Shown piece by piece: positions 1 through 12,232 of a stretch of 64,000 nucleotides of DNA; positions within the stretch are counted from its first letter, which is position 1, and the number at the start of each line of letters is the position of its first letter. Source of the stretch: Vicugna vicugna (lineage: Eukaryota); contig MU060486.1 in assembly GCA_013265495.1 (NCBI GenBank), positions 868,001 to 932,000 on the forward strand, given 5' to 3'. The notes under the pieces were generated by a model. That model was not told where the DNA came from and searched no databases. It saw nothing but the letters and a program-made list of their open reading frames with translations. A program made the translations under genes and the position numbers.

Positions 1-1009
1 ACAAAGTCACCTTTTGCGGGGTTGAAAAAACAACGTGTCTGAGATCCTGGGTAGGAAAGGTATGGTTTGGCTGAAGTGCCAGCTAAAGATGCTCTACTTG
101 TAGGAAGTAATTTAAGACAGTACAGAAAACAGTTATCAAAGAAGAAAACAGAACTTCGGGCAACGTTGAAACAGTCTCCCAGAAGCTCGGTGTGAATCCT
201 TGTTACAATTTCAGGCGTCTTACAACTGGAATATGGTGTTGCGCTCAGAGTACCAGACTTCCTGAAGAAATTAGGCGAAAAGGCATGTTTAATGAATATT
301 AATTCAGAAAATTAAAAAAACCCCACAATATATGTGAATTATTGAAGGAATTATCTGCCTCAGCACCCCTTCCAAAACCGAACTGTAAGTGACCCTCCTC
401 CCCACCGCCCCTCCGAGGCCCTTTGACATTTTCTTTATTTTTCGGATCTAAAGGAAATGTCACCTCTTTAATCCTCCCCAGTACACTTCGTGTGAATTCA
501 CTGCATCCGCTTTGATTGTGCCACTGAATTCTGCCTGATTTTCTGGCCAGTCGTGTGTACCTCTGTCTTCCGCCCCCAGATTTAAGCGACATCTGGGCAA
601 GGACTGTGTGTTCTCATCTTTGTCTTTCAGAAATCAGCACATGATCAGTAAATACTGAGCAGACTCAGCTGCACAGACAAACTTGCCCTTCAAACCAGGA
701 CTGTGGAGCTGGGTCTTAGCTGTGTCTCCAGGTTCTCAGAGGAGCCCCGTTTCAAAACTGCTAAGACACGTTCCAGGAGGTGCTCTGTGGCTGAGTTGGC
801 GAGGCATCGGGTTAAAGTCGGCGAGCTGGCTTCTTGACCACAGGGTGCTTTGGAGGGTTTAATATATTAATGTAACGGTGACTCCCCAAAAGCCAGCTCT
901 GCACAGGTCCCACCAGTCATCTGACTGTAGAACGAGCTGTCACACGTCCCTGCTCCATGTTTCATGGAGCACAGTTTGAGAAGTGCTGATCTCAGGGTCC
1001 TTTCAGAGA

Positions 1010-1400
1010 AACGGCACACGACCTGTCCCAGAAGTGCCAGAAATTAAGGTAGAAGCCCCAGAACGGGAAACACAGCTGATGAGGCCAAAGAAGGGGGTGC
1101 CAGACCAGACGCACATTCTAGACGTAGAGACGATTCATCCTGAGAAGCTGGCGGAAGAGCTGGCCGTGACGATGGCTGGGAAAGACTGGGACGCTGCACA
1201 GAGATTGCAGTTTCCTGGGAAAGAGGAAAGTAAGTGAAGCTGCTGGAGAAACCATGGCGGGAGCTCCCCAGGGAGCTCGGCCCCGAGGATGCAGTAGAGA
1301 CGGAAGTGCAGGCTCTGGGTCACACGAGAACGTGGAAGCGGGGTCAGCGCACCGGCCGCACAGCGGGGATGGCCCAGGCAAAGTGGGTGATCTTAGACCG
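1010..1400 (-). mobile_element. Highly degraded LINE-2-like fragment (tentative)
   Basis: Purine-rich stretch with patches resembling the antisense L2 3' region as recalled (e.g. gtagagacgattcatcctgagaagctggcggaagag; gaggatgcagtagagacggaagtgcagg). Recalled similarity only, not aligned. Confidence 0.35.
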
Positions 1401-2089
1401 ATCATCAGTGCGTGAGCTAATTAGCAGGCACCCGGCACCCTTAAGGGCACGTGAGCAACCGGTTTTGAGAGACTGCTTCGCAAGAGCATCACCCAGATTT
1501 TTGATGGAGCCTCTGTTTTCAGTTCTGCCCTGACAAAGCCTTTGACAAAAGCCTTAAATGGCGAGAAGCTGTGATTATCAAACTTGAATTCTGCAGAAAG
1601 CAAAAATCATACAGAATCACACAGTGTGTGAACTTAGCCGTTCCCCCAGAAGCTTCCCCCGCCCCGGGTGGCCCCTCCCCTTGCCCCCTCCTGCTCCCCC
1701 AGGAAACACTGTCACTTTCTACGAGGCTGGACCCCGTCTCCTGGAGTTTTGTGTGGATGGGATCACGCCGGGCGCGTGGTCTGTGTTCAGCTTCTTTTTG
1801 TTGCCGTTGCGGGTGACCGTCCCGAGGGTCGCTCGCACTGTGTGCCTTTGGGCTCCACGGTACGGCGTGCCCAGCTCGCGTATCTGTTCACCTGCCGAGG
1901 GACTGCTGGCTTATGGCCGTTGGGGATTTTACAACCAAGTTTGCCGCGGACGTCTGTGTACGATCTCTGTATAGAGTCTGCTTTGGTTTCTCTTGGGTGG
2001 AGACCCAGGGAGGGCGGTCGCATCACAGAGTACATGTACGTGTATGTTTTCAAATAACAGCACAGCACTTTTATCAGTAAAACATCAGA

Positions 2090-2700
2090 ACTTAAAGTAA
2101 GATGTTAAATGTATTATGATACATGCATGTGACAGAAAACTGTGAAGCCTTTTAGAAGTGATTGTGAATTTGCATTTGAAAGAAAGGATCGCAACACAAG
2201 GGAAACGGCGGGCAATGGGCTGTCGTGTTCGTGGTCACCCAGACGTCAGTGGCATTTGCTTTATGTCGTGTAATTTTGGTAAGATGTGCGTGTGCTTCCA
2301 GGTGTCATTTAATTTGTTTGCAGAGTGAGCAGGAGCATTGCTCACAGTCATCCCCCCCCAAAACTAAGGAAGCTCTCCTAACACTGGAGCTCGGGAAGGA
2401 AGGTCAGACTGGCCCCACTAATCACGCAGGTGCAGGCGGAGAGGCACTGTGTGGAGCGTGAGGGTTTGTGAGGTGGGAAGTGGGCGACACACATCACAAC
2501 TACATTATTGTGGTTTTGTTTTTACTTCTTGAACTCTTTGCTTTTACCTGAAAGAGAAGAACATTACATTTTTTGTTATAGAGGAAGAAAAAAAAAAAGA
2601 AACGAGTGTTAATAATAGCTTGATTATTTTCAAGCCAAACGCCTAAATAAAGTGACAACTAATGTATAACGTATGCAGATCTATGCAAACGATTATTTAA
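2090..2700 (+). mobile_element. Old L1 (L1ME-like) 3' end fossil (tentative)
   Basis: AT-rich segment with tgtattatgatacatgcatgtgacagaaaactgtgaagccttt, resembling old L1 3' ends, followed by T-rich then A-rich tail-like sequence at 2500-2600. Confidence 0.35.
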
Positions 2701-3144
2701 ATTGGAAGCCGAAGATGGAACATTGAGACAGAGACATTTGTGGGACTGCGAATGTGCCAGGCGGGCTCATTGGTGCAAGGCCACGGGAGTGAGGGCTGAA
2801 GGGTGTTTGGCTGTGAGGAGACCCAGCCCGCCATGGTGGGGCGATGCTGAGGGCTTCAAGGTTAACCCAACATAATCATCCTTCACGAGGCGCTTCGCCG
2901 TCTCTCAGACGCGTGCATGTGCGTTAGCTTGCTTAGCTGGTCCCGTGCAGCTCTGTCAGGAGGCAGGAGAGGGTGTTAATTTAATCCCCACCTGATACAG
3001 CAGCAGGGTCAGGTCCGAAGCTGTCCAATAAGCTAGCAGCAGACGCTGGGAGAGCGCCTTAAAGACGCACCGAGAGCTTGCCGGAGCTCGCTGACCCCGC
3101 AGAACCACCTCGGGAGGAAGGGGGTAAGGGTCTGAGTTTCTTCC

Positions 3145-3270
3145 TCCCCACCCATTTTTCAGACGAAGAAATCGAGCTACGTTAGACCGAATAGCTTGAA
3201 TGAAGACACGGAGGGTGAACTGGTTGATACCAGATTTGAATGCCCGACTTCGGTTCTAAAGCCAAGGATC
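3145..3270 (-). mobile_element. MIR fragment
   Basis: cccatttttcagacgaagaaatcgag...ccagatttgaatgccc resembles the antisense MIR core (cccattttacagatgaggaaactgagg...ggattcgaaccc). Confidence 0.55.
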
Positions 3271-4772
3271 CTTAATTCACGCTGTGGCCACGTCGTGCCT
3301 AAAACCACGTGCTGGTGGGCAAGGAGCCAGTGCCGATCTCAGCCTTCCGACTCGGTTTAGTGCTCCTTCCCCAACGCCACGTGGTCAGGGAAGCGTCCGT
3401 GCGTGTCTTCCTTGCCTGTCCCTACTGTTTGGTTTACTGCGGCAGAAAGCTGCAGTGTGTGTGCGCGCGTGTGTGCACGTCGAACGGCAGGAGACTCGGG
3501 ACTCCTTCCAAGCCCACGGAGTCTGGAGTGCGTGGCGTGGCCTTGTGCAATGATGTATCGTTCCATTACAGCTCATGACTCCTGTGCTTTGCGACAGTGT
3601 CTTGCGTCACGATGAAGTATGGTGTGTGTGCTTGGAGAAGTGCAGATATGCCAGCTGGCCCTGCGCTTTGATTCAGTTAGTTACTTCTGCTCTCACCTGG
3701 CTAGAAGGCTTCCTCCGCCGCCGCAGGGCTCCGTCACACTGATGACTTGGCCCCTGCCTTCCTTTGGAAATTCCTTTCCGGGAGCTTTTCCACGCTGACA
3801 AATTTGCGTCTCCCTGTACTGTCGCCTGCTAGGAGTAAAATCATTGGCTTAACATTAAGAGTTTAGTAAAACATTTCTCATTTGCGTTCACTCCGAAGTG
3901 TTCTTCTACAAGGACAAGACACTTGCACGCTGACGTGATGATCCATTTAATTTACGGCATAGCAAACTATTACTCCTGCTACAGGCTGAGCGGGGCCCCT
4001 GCTTCCCCGTTCTTGGAAACGAGAGGGCAGCCGGGTACCCTGGGCGCTGATTTAGTCCTTTCAGTCACTTGAGACTTGGCTGCACCCGATCTGACGGGTC
4101 TGAAGGCTTTGCGAGGGGACCCCCTGGCCTCCTGCCCACGGTTAGGAATGCCTTTGATAGTTAGCTTCTCCCTCCTTCTGAAAATCCGAAGTCCATCCGA
4201 CTGGGTGGCCTTAGTCTGCCCACTGCTTTGCTTTGTAAAGAGCTAATGCCCGTTTTGATCAGTCGCTCATTCTTAATTAATCACGGGCTGCCCGCTGCCT
4301 GACTGTGGCCTTAGCGCCAACGCTGAAAAGAGAGACCGCGGTAATCAGCAGACACGGTCGGTGCAGCAAAGGCACAGTGGGGCTCGGTGCCTGGACCCCA
4401 CGCACTCCTCACCCTGCAAGCGGGAGGCTCACCGGTGGGCGCCCGGAAAACAGAACCAGCAGAGCCCTCCTGACCCCGCGCACCCGGCTCCTGGGCAGGC
4501 ACCGCCGTCGGGGCCGCGGGAAGGCTGGGAAGGAGGTGGCTTTTTGGCTGGGGCTGGGTATTTACTGAACAAGACGGGCAAAGAAGAGGAAGAGCCCAGC
4601 CAGGAGCCGGGTGGGCTGCGGTCCGGGGTGCTCAGGCTGAGGGGGGCCCGGGGGGCCGGAGGGGCGGGGCTGGAGGTGCTTCTCGCCTCTGAGGTGCTAA
4701 GTTCCCTTCGACCCTCGTGGTTGATCCTGGCCCCCAACCCGGTCCTCCCGCTGCCACCCCCCATGCTCAGAA

Positions 4773-4848
4773 CCTCTCTCCCCTCTCCCGTCTGCGTCCC
4801 CTCCCCTGCTTTCTCTCCGGACTAGTAAGAACCAAAGGGATGGTGAGT
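4773..4848 (+). other. Candidate 17-nt microexon (4826-4842) with strong flanking splice signals
   Basis: AG-free pyrimidine tract 4773-4823, TAG acceptor ending 4825, exon TAAGAACCAAAGGGATG, donor GTGAGT at 4843-4848. Confidence 0.35.
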
Positions 4849-7244
4849 GTGAGGATGTTTATCGCTGCTCCCTGCCTGCGGTGACGTCACAGACACCACC
4901 GTGCCGGCCCTGCAGGGGCGCCTGCCTCCACGCACTGCCCAGGGACTTTGCACTAATTCTCGCCTAGGTTGGGGTGGGGGGCGGTGGGAGCGAGTGCAAT
5001 TTCCCATCTTTGCAGCTGGTGAGACAGGCTGCTGGCGCTGCGGACACTCACGCTGGGTCAGGGAACAGGCCCAGTTTGCACCCAAGTGTCCCCGCACTGG
5101 TGCTCAGGCACTGCGCCGCCCCTCCAGACAGGCGGCTAATGGGGCGCTAAGTCAGGAGGCAGAGGTCGCCCTGCGGGGCGCGGAGCGTGTGGAGGCGGTG
5201 GAAGGAGGGCCTGCCAGTCGAGAGAACAGGAAATAACTGGACTTCGGTTCTGCGGCGCTCCTCGGGCAGAACCAGACGGGACCCACGTCTTAACCGAGCT
5301 AATTAGCTGCTTAGCTGGAACCCCTCTTAACTCCGCCACCTTCCCTTCAAAGTGTCAGTTGCCTCAAAAAGCCCGATGGTGTTTCCGTGGCTTTTGGCAG
5401 AGGTAAACTGAATGTGGGCAAAGATGACTAATTTTCATTGTCCGTTTTTTTTTTTTAATGTCAGCTGCTGAAAGAGGCTCCATCTCAGAGAGACAGACGT
5501 GGACCCCGAGGGTGGGGCTCACAAAGGAGTCAGTGAGCTTCGGGTCGGGAAGGGTCACGTCCACCCTCAGCCTCCCTGGATGTGCTGATGGTGGTGGGGC
5601 TGTGTATGCACGTGTGCGTGTCTGTATGTCGGGGGAGCCGGTAACATACACGCTGTGTCCTTAGGTACGGCCGAGCTTTACCTTTGAACCGGAAAGTGCC
5701 TTTCTGACGCGTAGGGGGGTGACTGGCACGCAGCTCGCGCAATGGAGGGTCCTGGCCCTGCTCCTTGTGAGCCGGGGCTGGACGTGCGGTGCGTGGAACC
5801 TAGGAGGGTCGTCGCTTTGTGGTCCTCTCTCAGCCGGGAGCACGTACCTGTGAATGGTGGGAGGGCCAAGCCATCTCCGCACGAGGTTGCTCTGGAAACG
5901 GAACGTCACTTCCAGACGCACGCAGACCTTGTGCGCGCTGGCGCTGTGGAGTCGGGGCCGGGTCTTTCTCGGAGGGCCGCTCCACGGCACACCTGAGCTG
6001 GGAGCCGCGACACCAGCTCTGGAGACGTGTCCATGTCGTCGGGCCCCCGCCTTGCTGGCTCCTGGTCCCTGGTGAGCGGGTGGGGTTGTGCACGGAGGGA
6101 GGAGGAGACCCCTGCCGCCTCCTGATGCCCCGTCCTGGGCTCAGGAGAACCTCGGCCTTTGTCTTGAGATATTCTGTCATGTTCTTCAGATGCACTGAGC
6201 TCTGCCTTCCCCACAGGGAAGGGGTGAGAGGTTCAGCCTCGGCTCGGGCCGCCCTGCCCACCCCCGACCCCTGGACGGAGCCCGATGCCCGTGCTGGCGA
6301 CGCTCAGTCACCACTTGGTCACGCAGCCCCGTCCCAGCCACCCACCTCCCTGCCCTGGGGGCACGGTGGCTGGGCTCCCCGCAGCTCCGGACTCGCCCAG
6401 CAGGGTCGGTGTTTGTGGCCGGATCTACACTTTTTCTTTCCTGCCAATGATTTGTGAGGCATTTGTGGAGAGTGGGCGGGGAGCAGGTGGCACAGTCCTC
6501 AGCCGTGCTCCAAGGTCGGCCCACGTCGAAAGTAAAGTGAAGGGGAGGAAGTGACGGGGTGTGGAGGGAAGGGGGCGGGCGGCTCGGGGCTGCGCAGTGT
6601 CGGGGGCTTCGCCTCGGTCCTCAGTCTCATGCTGGGTCCTGTGGTCTCCTCCCATCTCGGCCTCCTTGACGTCTGCTCTCTGGGCCCCCCCGCCTGAGGC
6701 AGGGTGGGTGTGTGTGACGGACACCAGACGCACGCCCACCCCTCCGGCCCCACTGCGCTCTGTCCCCGCGTCGGCGCTACGTTCGTCTCCATCAGAGGGA
6801 GGGAGTTTTCCCGGGGGGCCACGGCAGCTGGACAAGCTTGCTGTCACGGTTCTATTCTGGGAATAGTCTGCCTCCCCAGGAGACCCAAGCCCACGAGCCC
6901 GACCCTCCCTTGGCGTGTCCGGCTCGCGTCCTGTCTGATGGCCGGCAGGCTCCCAGGGGAGGTGGGGGGGCTTCCTTCCAGCCGTGTGGGCGGGGCCGTG
7001 CGCAGCTCAGAGCACTCCCAGTGCCCTGCCTTCGCGGGCATCCTGGAGGGCGCTCGCCCGGCGCACGGCTGGGGTGAGGCTGAGCAGACACATGTCCTCT
7101 TCTTCCTTCTGCCGTGACCGGCAGGTGGAAGGAGACGTCAGGCCCAGGATGAAGGGCTGGTGGGGGACGAGGCTGTGGGGTTGGTCGCGCGTGCAGTCGG
7201 ATCCCAGCCCTGCTGCTCACTTTCCCCGCGCTTTCAGGGCACAC

Positions 7245-7345
7245 ACTTAACCTTCTCTGGGACTCAGTTTCCTGGTATTGACAGTCCATCCCGGATGGGT
7301 GATTAAACACGAAACAATGTTGTGTTTCAAGCGCAGTCCTTAGCG
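7245..7345 (+). mobile_element. MIR fragment
   Basis: cttaaccttctctgggactcagtttcct...gtgattaaa matches the MIR core (cttaacctctctgtgcctcagtttcctc). Confidence 0.6.
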
Positions 7346-9490
7346 CGCTGTGGTGTGAGTGAATGTCTCCTGGAGGCTGAGATCCCTGGGGTCAGTGCTC
7401 ACAGTGCAAGCTCGCAGCTTCAGGGGTCGGATCACACGGTGTTATGAAACAGACAGACACAGAAATGAGAAACTTCATGACAAATGAGCAAACGAAAAAT
7501 CTCTATGGAAGACGCGTCTGAGGCTGCCACCTGGTTATCTTTCTCAGAGTTTCATTTGATTGGCAAGTAATTATTACCAGCCCTGCACGGAGCGGCCACG
7601 TGTTTATCCCTTCCCTGGCACAGACGGTCGAATGAAATTCAAATATATAACCTGCATTTCTCAGTGTAGCTCGGTGTGGCCATTCAGTGCCCTTTGCTTT
7701 GAGTGGGACTGGCTCCCAGTCTAGTTTGGAGAGAATGAACTCCGAAGATGACAGGGAAGTTTGTTGAGTCCTTCCACAGGGAGGCCCTTTGAGATGAACA
7801 GACTGTCTGCCAAGCCTGGCCAGCAGACGGTTATATGGGTATTTATTAAAAAAAAAAATCTAAACCTGACCTGGATGAGACCGTGAGGTTCCAGGATTAA
7901 TACGTGTCCTGTTCCTGCCGCACCTGCGACACCGTGAATTTGTAACCACACACGGAAACTGCACAGACTCCACGCCAGCCGTGACTGTAATTAAAGCTAT
8001 CAGGAGGGGCTGAAGTCTGGTTTAAAGGTGATTGCTAGACGGGTTTTCTCAAGTCTGAAAGTGCCCGTTTGACAGGTCGTGACAGCGCAGGGCTTGACTG
8101 GCTCGAGGTAAACAAGGGGAAAATCAACAGCAAGAGAGCACACGCTGGTGCCCCCTGTCCCCGCAGGGATGGTCGCCTGAACCCACTGAGGTCCTCTGCC
8201 TGGTGAGAGGAGCAGAGGCCGGCCAGCCCTGCGTGTGGACGGGCGACCGTGCGGAGCCCTTCCAGCCCACTTCTCCTGTTCACGTGTGCGGCGGGACCCG
8301 CCGTAACGCCCCTTGTTAGGAACATTTGGGAATCCGGTAGCTCAGGGCGCGGACTGCGGGAGCTTACGAGCAAACCCCAAACGCCCCTCCACCCGAGTCG
8401 GGTGTTAGTTCTGGGTCCTGATCCGGCATCCAGAGGTGCCCGGTTATGTTTCTTAAGAGAAGAGACTTAACGGTGATGGTAGAGACAGAGCCCCCTGCAG
8501 AATCACACTATGAGAGGAGAGATTCCAGTTGGCCCCGGTCGTTTCTGCTGGTACTGAAACTTGCTTTTTGCTTAGTCGGACAGCCAAATCCTCCCCCCAC
8601 CAGCCTGCAGACTCAGCAGACTCACCAGCAAAATCAGCTCTGAAACACTGGATGTCCACCGATCTCAATCCCCGTGGCCCTTCCTCTGACACTGAGAGAG
8701 GAAGAAAGCTGGTTAGTGGAACCGTTAGGAACGCAGGTCCCATCTGCACAGCTAGATTCTGTAAATTGTAGACTTACTACAGCTGCATATTTCTGTAACC
8801 TTTAGGGACCTGTACCGAATTTGATGGAAATACGTTTTAAATGACAGAAGAGTTGGCCACTTCAGAGTCCTGTATCAGCTGTCATCTTGTTTTGAGGAGG
8901 CAGACTGAACCACTTCAAATATTTCTTGGACCCCAGGAGCTAAGAGAAAGCACCGAGGCCCCATGGCGTGGCGGGAGGGCCCTGGACCGTGGGTCAGCAG
9001 GGTGATGTCCAGCCTGCTCTGCCACCCCCTTAGCTCTGAGTCCTCGCGCTGACTACTTCCCTGGACTCTCAGCCCTTCGGCTGAGTGCGGGCTTGGCTCT
9101 GAATGGTCCTGCCTGTGTTTCTGTAACTCCGGTTCATGGTTGTAAATTTAGCTCGTGGGTGACTTGCATCTAGACTGTGGATTTCCTATCGCAGTGCTCT
9201 CTGCATTCTGCCAGGTAGACATGAGTTATGGCTCCAAGTGTGTTGTTAAACAGGCTAACTGCACAAACAGTTACTGTGGGGCAGGAAAACAGGAAACGTC
9301 TGGCAGAGGAGCCCAGCGGAGGCCTCGCTGGGTCTGGTCAGTTAGAAAATGCACAGAGGCTTCCAAATCTATCCCACGTGGGCAGCTGCTATTAGACCTA
9401 ATTTGAAGAGTCATTGGCATTGACTCTGAATTTGTAGACGCTCTCTGTCAGTTACTCGCAGCCCTTAACCTTGTGTTAAGCACTCATTAC

Positions 9491-9722
9491 CTCTGTCCGG
9501 CAGGGCAGACCTCCTGACCCTCCCTCAGAGGCAGGTGGAACCACGGGCTGGGTGGGCACGTGTGCAGTGCAGTAGCTGGACGTCTTCTTCCAGCCCTCCC
9601 ATCTCTGACTCTGTCCGGCAGGGCAGACCTCCCGACCCTCCCTCACAGGCAGGTGGAACCACGGGCTGGGTGGGCACATGTGCAGTGCAGTAGCTGGACG
9701 TCTTCTTCCAGCCCTCCCATCT
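9491..9722. repeat. Tandem duplication, 118-bp period, 2 copies
   Basis: ctctgtccggcagggcagacc...ccagccctcccatct starts at 9491 and again at 9609. Three substitutions seen between copies. Confidence 0.95.
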
Positions 9723-10049
9723 TGTCCTTCTCTGACTCACTCAGGCTTGTTGCTGGCGCTCTTTAAGAAAACTTGGAGATTTTTCTACTTTTTAAACAAC
9801 TTATTTGAGGAGAAGTTATCTTCCTACAACTCCGTGCTCGGCATGCCTGTCATGCTATTTTTATTGCTAAGCATTTGCAAAGCCGACTTACTGAATTGAG
9901 TCCCTTTCCTTTTGTAAACACACATGTTGTGTCATCCTGCAACCACTGATCCTGGATTTAGAGAGCATGCTGCCCTCTAAAAACATTTCACTGCTGACTG
10001 TGCATCTTTCTTCCATGGTTCTCAAAATACCCTGTACATAGAGAGACAC

Positions 10050-10190
10050 TGCAAGTAGGAGGTGACAATTATTACCACTCTCAATGAAGAAATGACACAT
10101 TAGAGGTACTTGTAAATTTGACCAAAGTTTAAACAGTCTCTTAGTCAGGAGTTGGTATTCTGGTGTGAGAATGAATGGATTGGGATCCAA
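10050..10190 (-). mobile_element. MIR fragment
   Basis: taggaggtgacaattattaccactctcaatgaagaaatgacacattagagg...ttgaccaaagtt resembles antisense MIR. Confidence 0.45.
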
Positions 10191-10357
10191 TAGAACTAAA
10201 ATGCTCGCCAGCCAAGCAAGTTATAGGACATCTCTGTGCCTCTCTATTGTGTCTGCAAAATATGGATAATAATGCCTCCTTCATAGACTTGTTGTGAGAG
10301 TTATGTTTTATTGTGAACATTCTGTATGTGTTGGTTCTTTTCTTCTTCCCTTTATCA

Positions 10358-11109
10358 NNNNNNNNNNNNNNNNNNNNNNNNNNNNNNNNNNNNNNNNNNN
10401 NNNNNNNNNNNNNNNNNNNNNNNNNNNNNNNNNNNNNNNNNNNNNNNNNNNNNNNNNNNNNNNNNNNNNNNNNNNNNNNNNNNNNNNNNNNNNNNNNNNN
10501 NNNNNNNNNNNNNNNNNNNNNNNNNNNNNNNNNNNNNNNNNNNNNNNNNNNNNNNNNNNNNNNNNNNNNNNNNNNNNNNNNNNNNNNNNNNNNNNNNNNN
10601 NNNNNNNNNNNNNNNNNNNNNNNNNNNNNNNNNNNNNNNNNNNNNNNNNNNNNNNNNNNNNNNNNNNNNNNNNNNNNNNNNNNNNNNNNNNNNNNNNNNN
10701 NNNNNNNNNNNNNNNNNNNNNNNNNNNNNNNNNNNNNNNNNNNNNNNNNNNNNNNNNNNNNNNNNNNNNNNNNNNNNNNNNNNNNNNNNNNNNNNNNNNN
10801 NNNNNNNNNNNNNNNNNNNNNNNNNNNNNNNNNNNNNNNNNNNNNNNNNNNNNNNNNNNNNNNNNNNNNNNNNNNNNNNNNNNNNNNNNNNNNNNNNNNN
10901 NNNNNNNNNNNNNNNNNNNNNNNNNNNNNNNNNNNNNNNNNNNNNNNNNNNNNNNNNNNNNNNNNNNNNNNNNNNNNNNNNNNNNNNNNNNNNNNNNNNN
11001 NNNNNNNNNNNNNNNNNNNNNNNNNNNNNNNNNNNNNNNNNNNNNNNNNNNNNNNNNNNNNNNNNNNNNNNNNNNNNNNNNNNNNNNNNNNNNNNNNNNN
11101 NNNNNNNNN
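10358..11109. other. Assembly gap (752 N)
   Basis: Run of N. Confidence 1.
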
Positions 11110-11989
11110 TCAGTGATTGGCAGCAGTGCACATGAGACATATATAACTACTTAAATTTTGAAAAACCAGACTGTGAGTCCTATAGACCTAAATCTGGAAC
11201 ACTCTAGAGACATGGCAGAGACAGACTTTGAGAACAGATTTTGGGCTGCAGCAGAGAGAGACTTTGCTTACACTCTGTGGAAAAAAAGACAATCTGTTCC
11301 ACAGCTGATAGTAAATGGGCAGGAATGCGATACACGGGATGATTTTTAAAATCCTTTCTGGGGGGTAGGGTGGGTGGAGGGTGTCATCTAAGCCACTGTG
11401 CCCACAGGAAGTGTGAAATTCCAATAATAACTTGAACCCTTCCTGGGCTCCTTCCTGGAAAGTTGAGGAAACAGCCGGCATAAAGCCAGTAATTTTGCTT
11501 TATCTGCATCGCCCAAAATTTTGCATCCCCTTGATGCCCTGGGATGAAGTCAGTTGAGAAGGACTCTGGCTTGGCGGCAGAGCAGCCGGAAGCAGGAGCA
11601 GCGCCCGCCTGCCAAACGAGGATCGTGCCAGTTAGACGACAGTGGCAGAACAGATGAGCGAGCTCACTGACTTCCTCGGAGAGGAGGGACCAGAGGATTT
11701 GCACAGCCTGGTTTCTTCCCCCTCGTCTGTCTCCACCACCCCCACCGGCGTGGAGACTAAGCACTTAGAACACGCAGTCAGGCCACATGTTCTCTTCCCT
11801 CCCTAATGAGAACTGGCCAACATGGGGGCCCACAGGACAAAGGCAGGTGCAGTTCTGAGACAGAGTCTATGGAAGAGGGTGAAGCTGCCCCATTCAGACA
11901 TGTTTTTAATACGGGAAAGGTGTTTAGACAAACAGCCCATGAACGAGACAGAGTGTCCCAGTGCCTCTTACAGCATAGAAACTGTGGCC

Positions 11990-12100
11990 ACGAGCACTTA
12001 CCGGGTCCTCACGGTGAGTGTAAGAATTATTACTCTCACTTAAGACGTGAGAAAACCGAAGCCCGTTCTTTCCCCAGATCAAACAGCTTGATGTGAGGTG
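11990..12100 (-). mobile_element. MIR fragment
   Basis: gagcacttacc...gtaagaattattactctcacttaagacgtgagaaaaccgaagccc resembles antisense MIR core. Confidence 0.55.
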
Positions 12101-12232
12101 GGATCCACGATGTCACGGCCACCTCGTCAGGGATCCCTGACTAAGCCCTCGGGAATGGAAGCCGACCCTCCCCAGCCCTCCAGCTCTCCCGTCTCTGTGT
12201 CCAGGGGGGCTGCGTGCATCCACTCCCTCGTT

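Noticed and set aside
983-1533. Two consecutive ORFs that looked like a broken Tigger transposase (LDRSSVRELISRHPAPL)
   Set aside because: No DDE or HTH motif and no terminal repeats; nucleotide patches fit a degraded antisense L2 better.
2500-2620. Minus-strand acceptor followed by GT (ttcttctctttCAG|GTAAAA), a second recursive-like site or a GKSKEFKK* terminal exon
   Set aside because: The donor is weak and the pyrimidine tract is the complement of an A-rich, probably L1-derived tail.
10294-11154. ORFs spanning N runs (also at 29272-30326, 33899-34251, 52256-52815)
   Set aside because: Artefacts of translating assembly gaps.
11955-12020. Exon-like AG...GTGAGT segment and opposing CACTTAC donor
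   Set aside because: Lies in a MIR fragment, which naturally carries these motifs.
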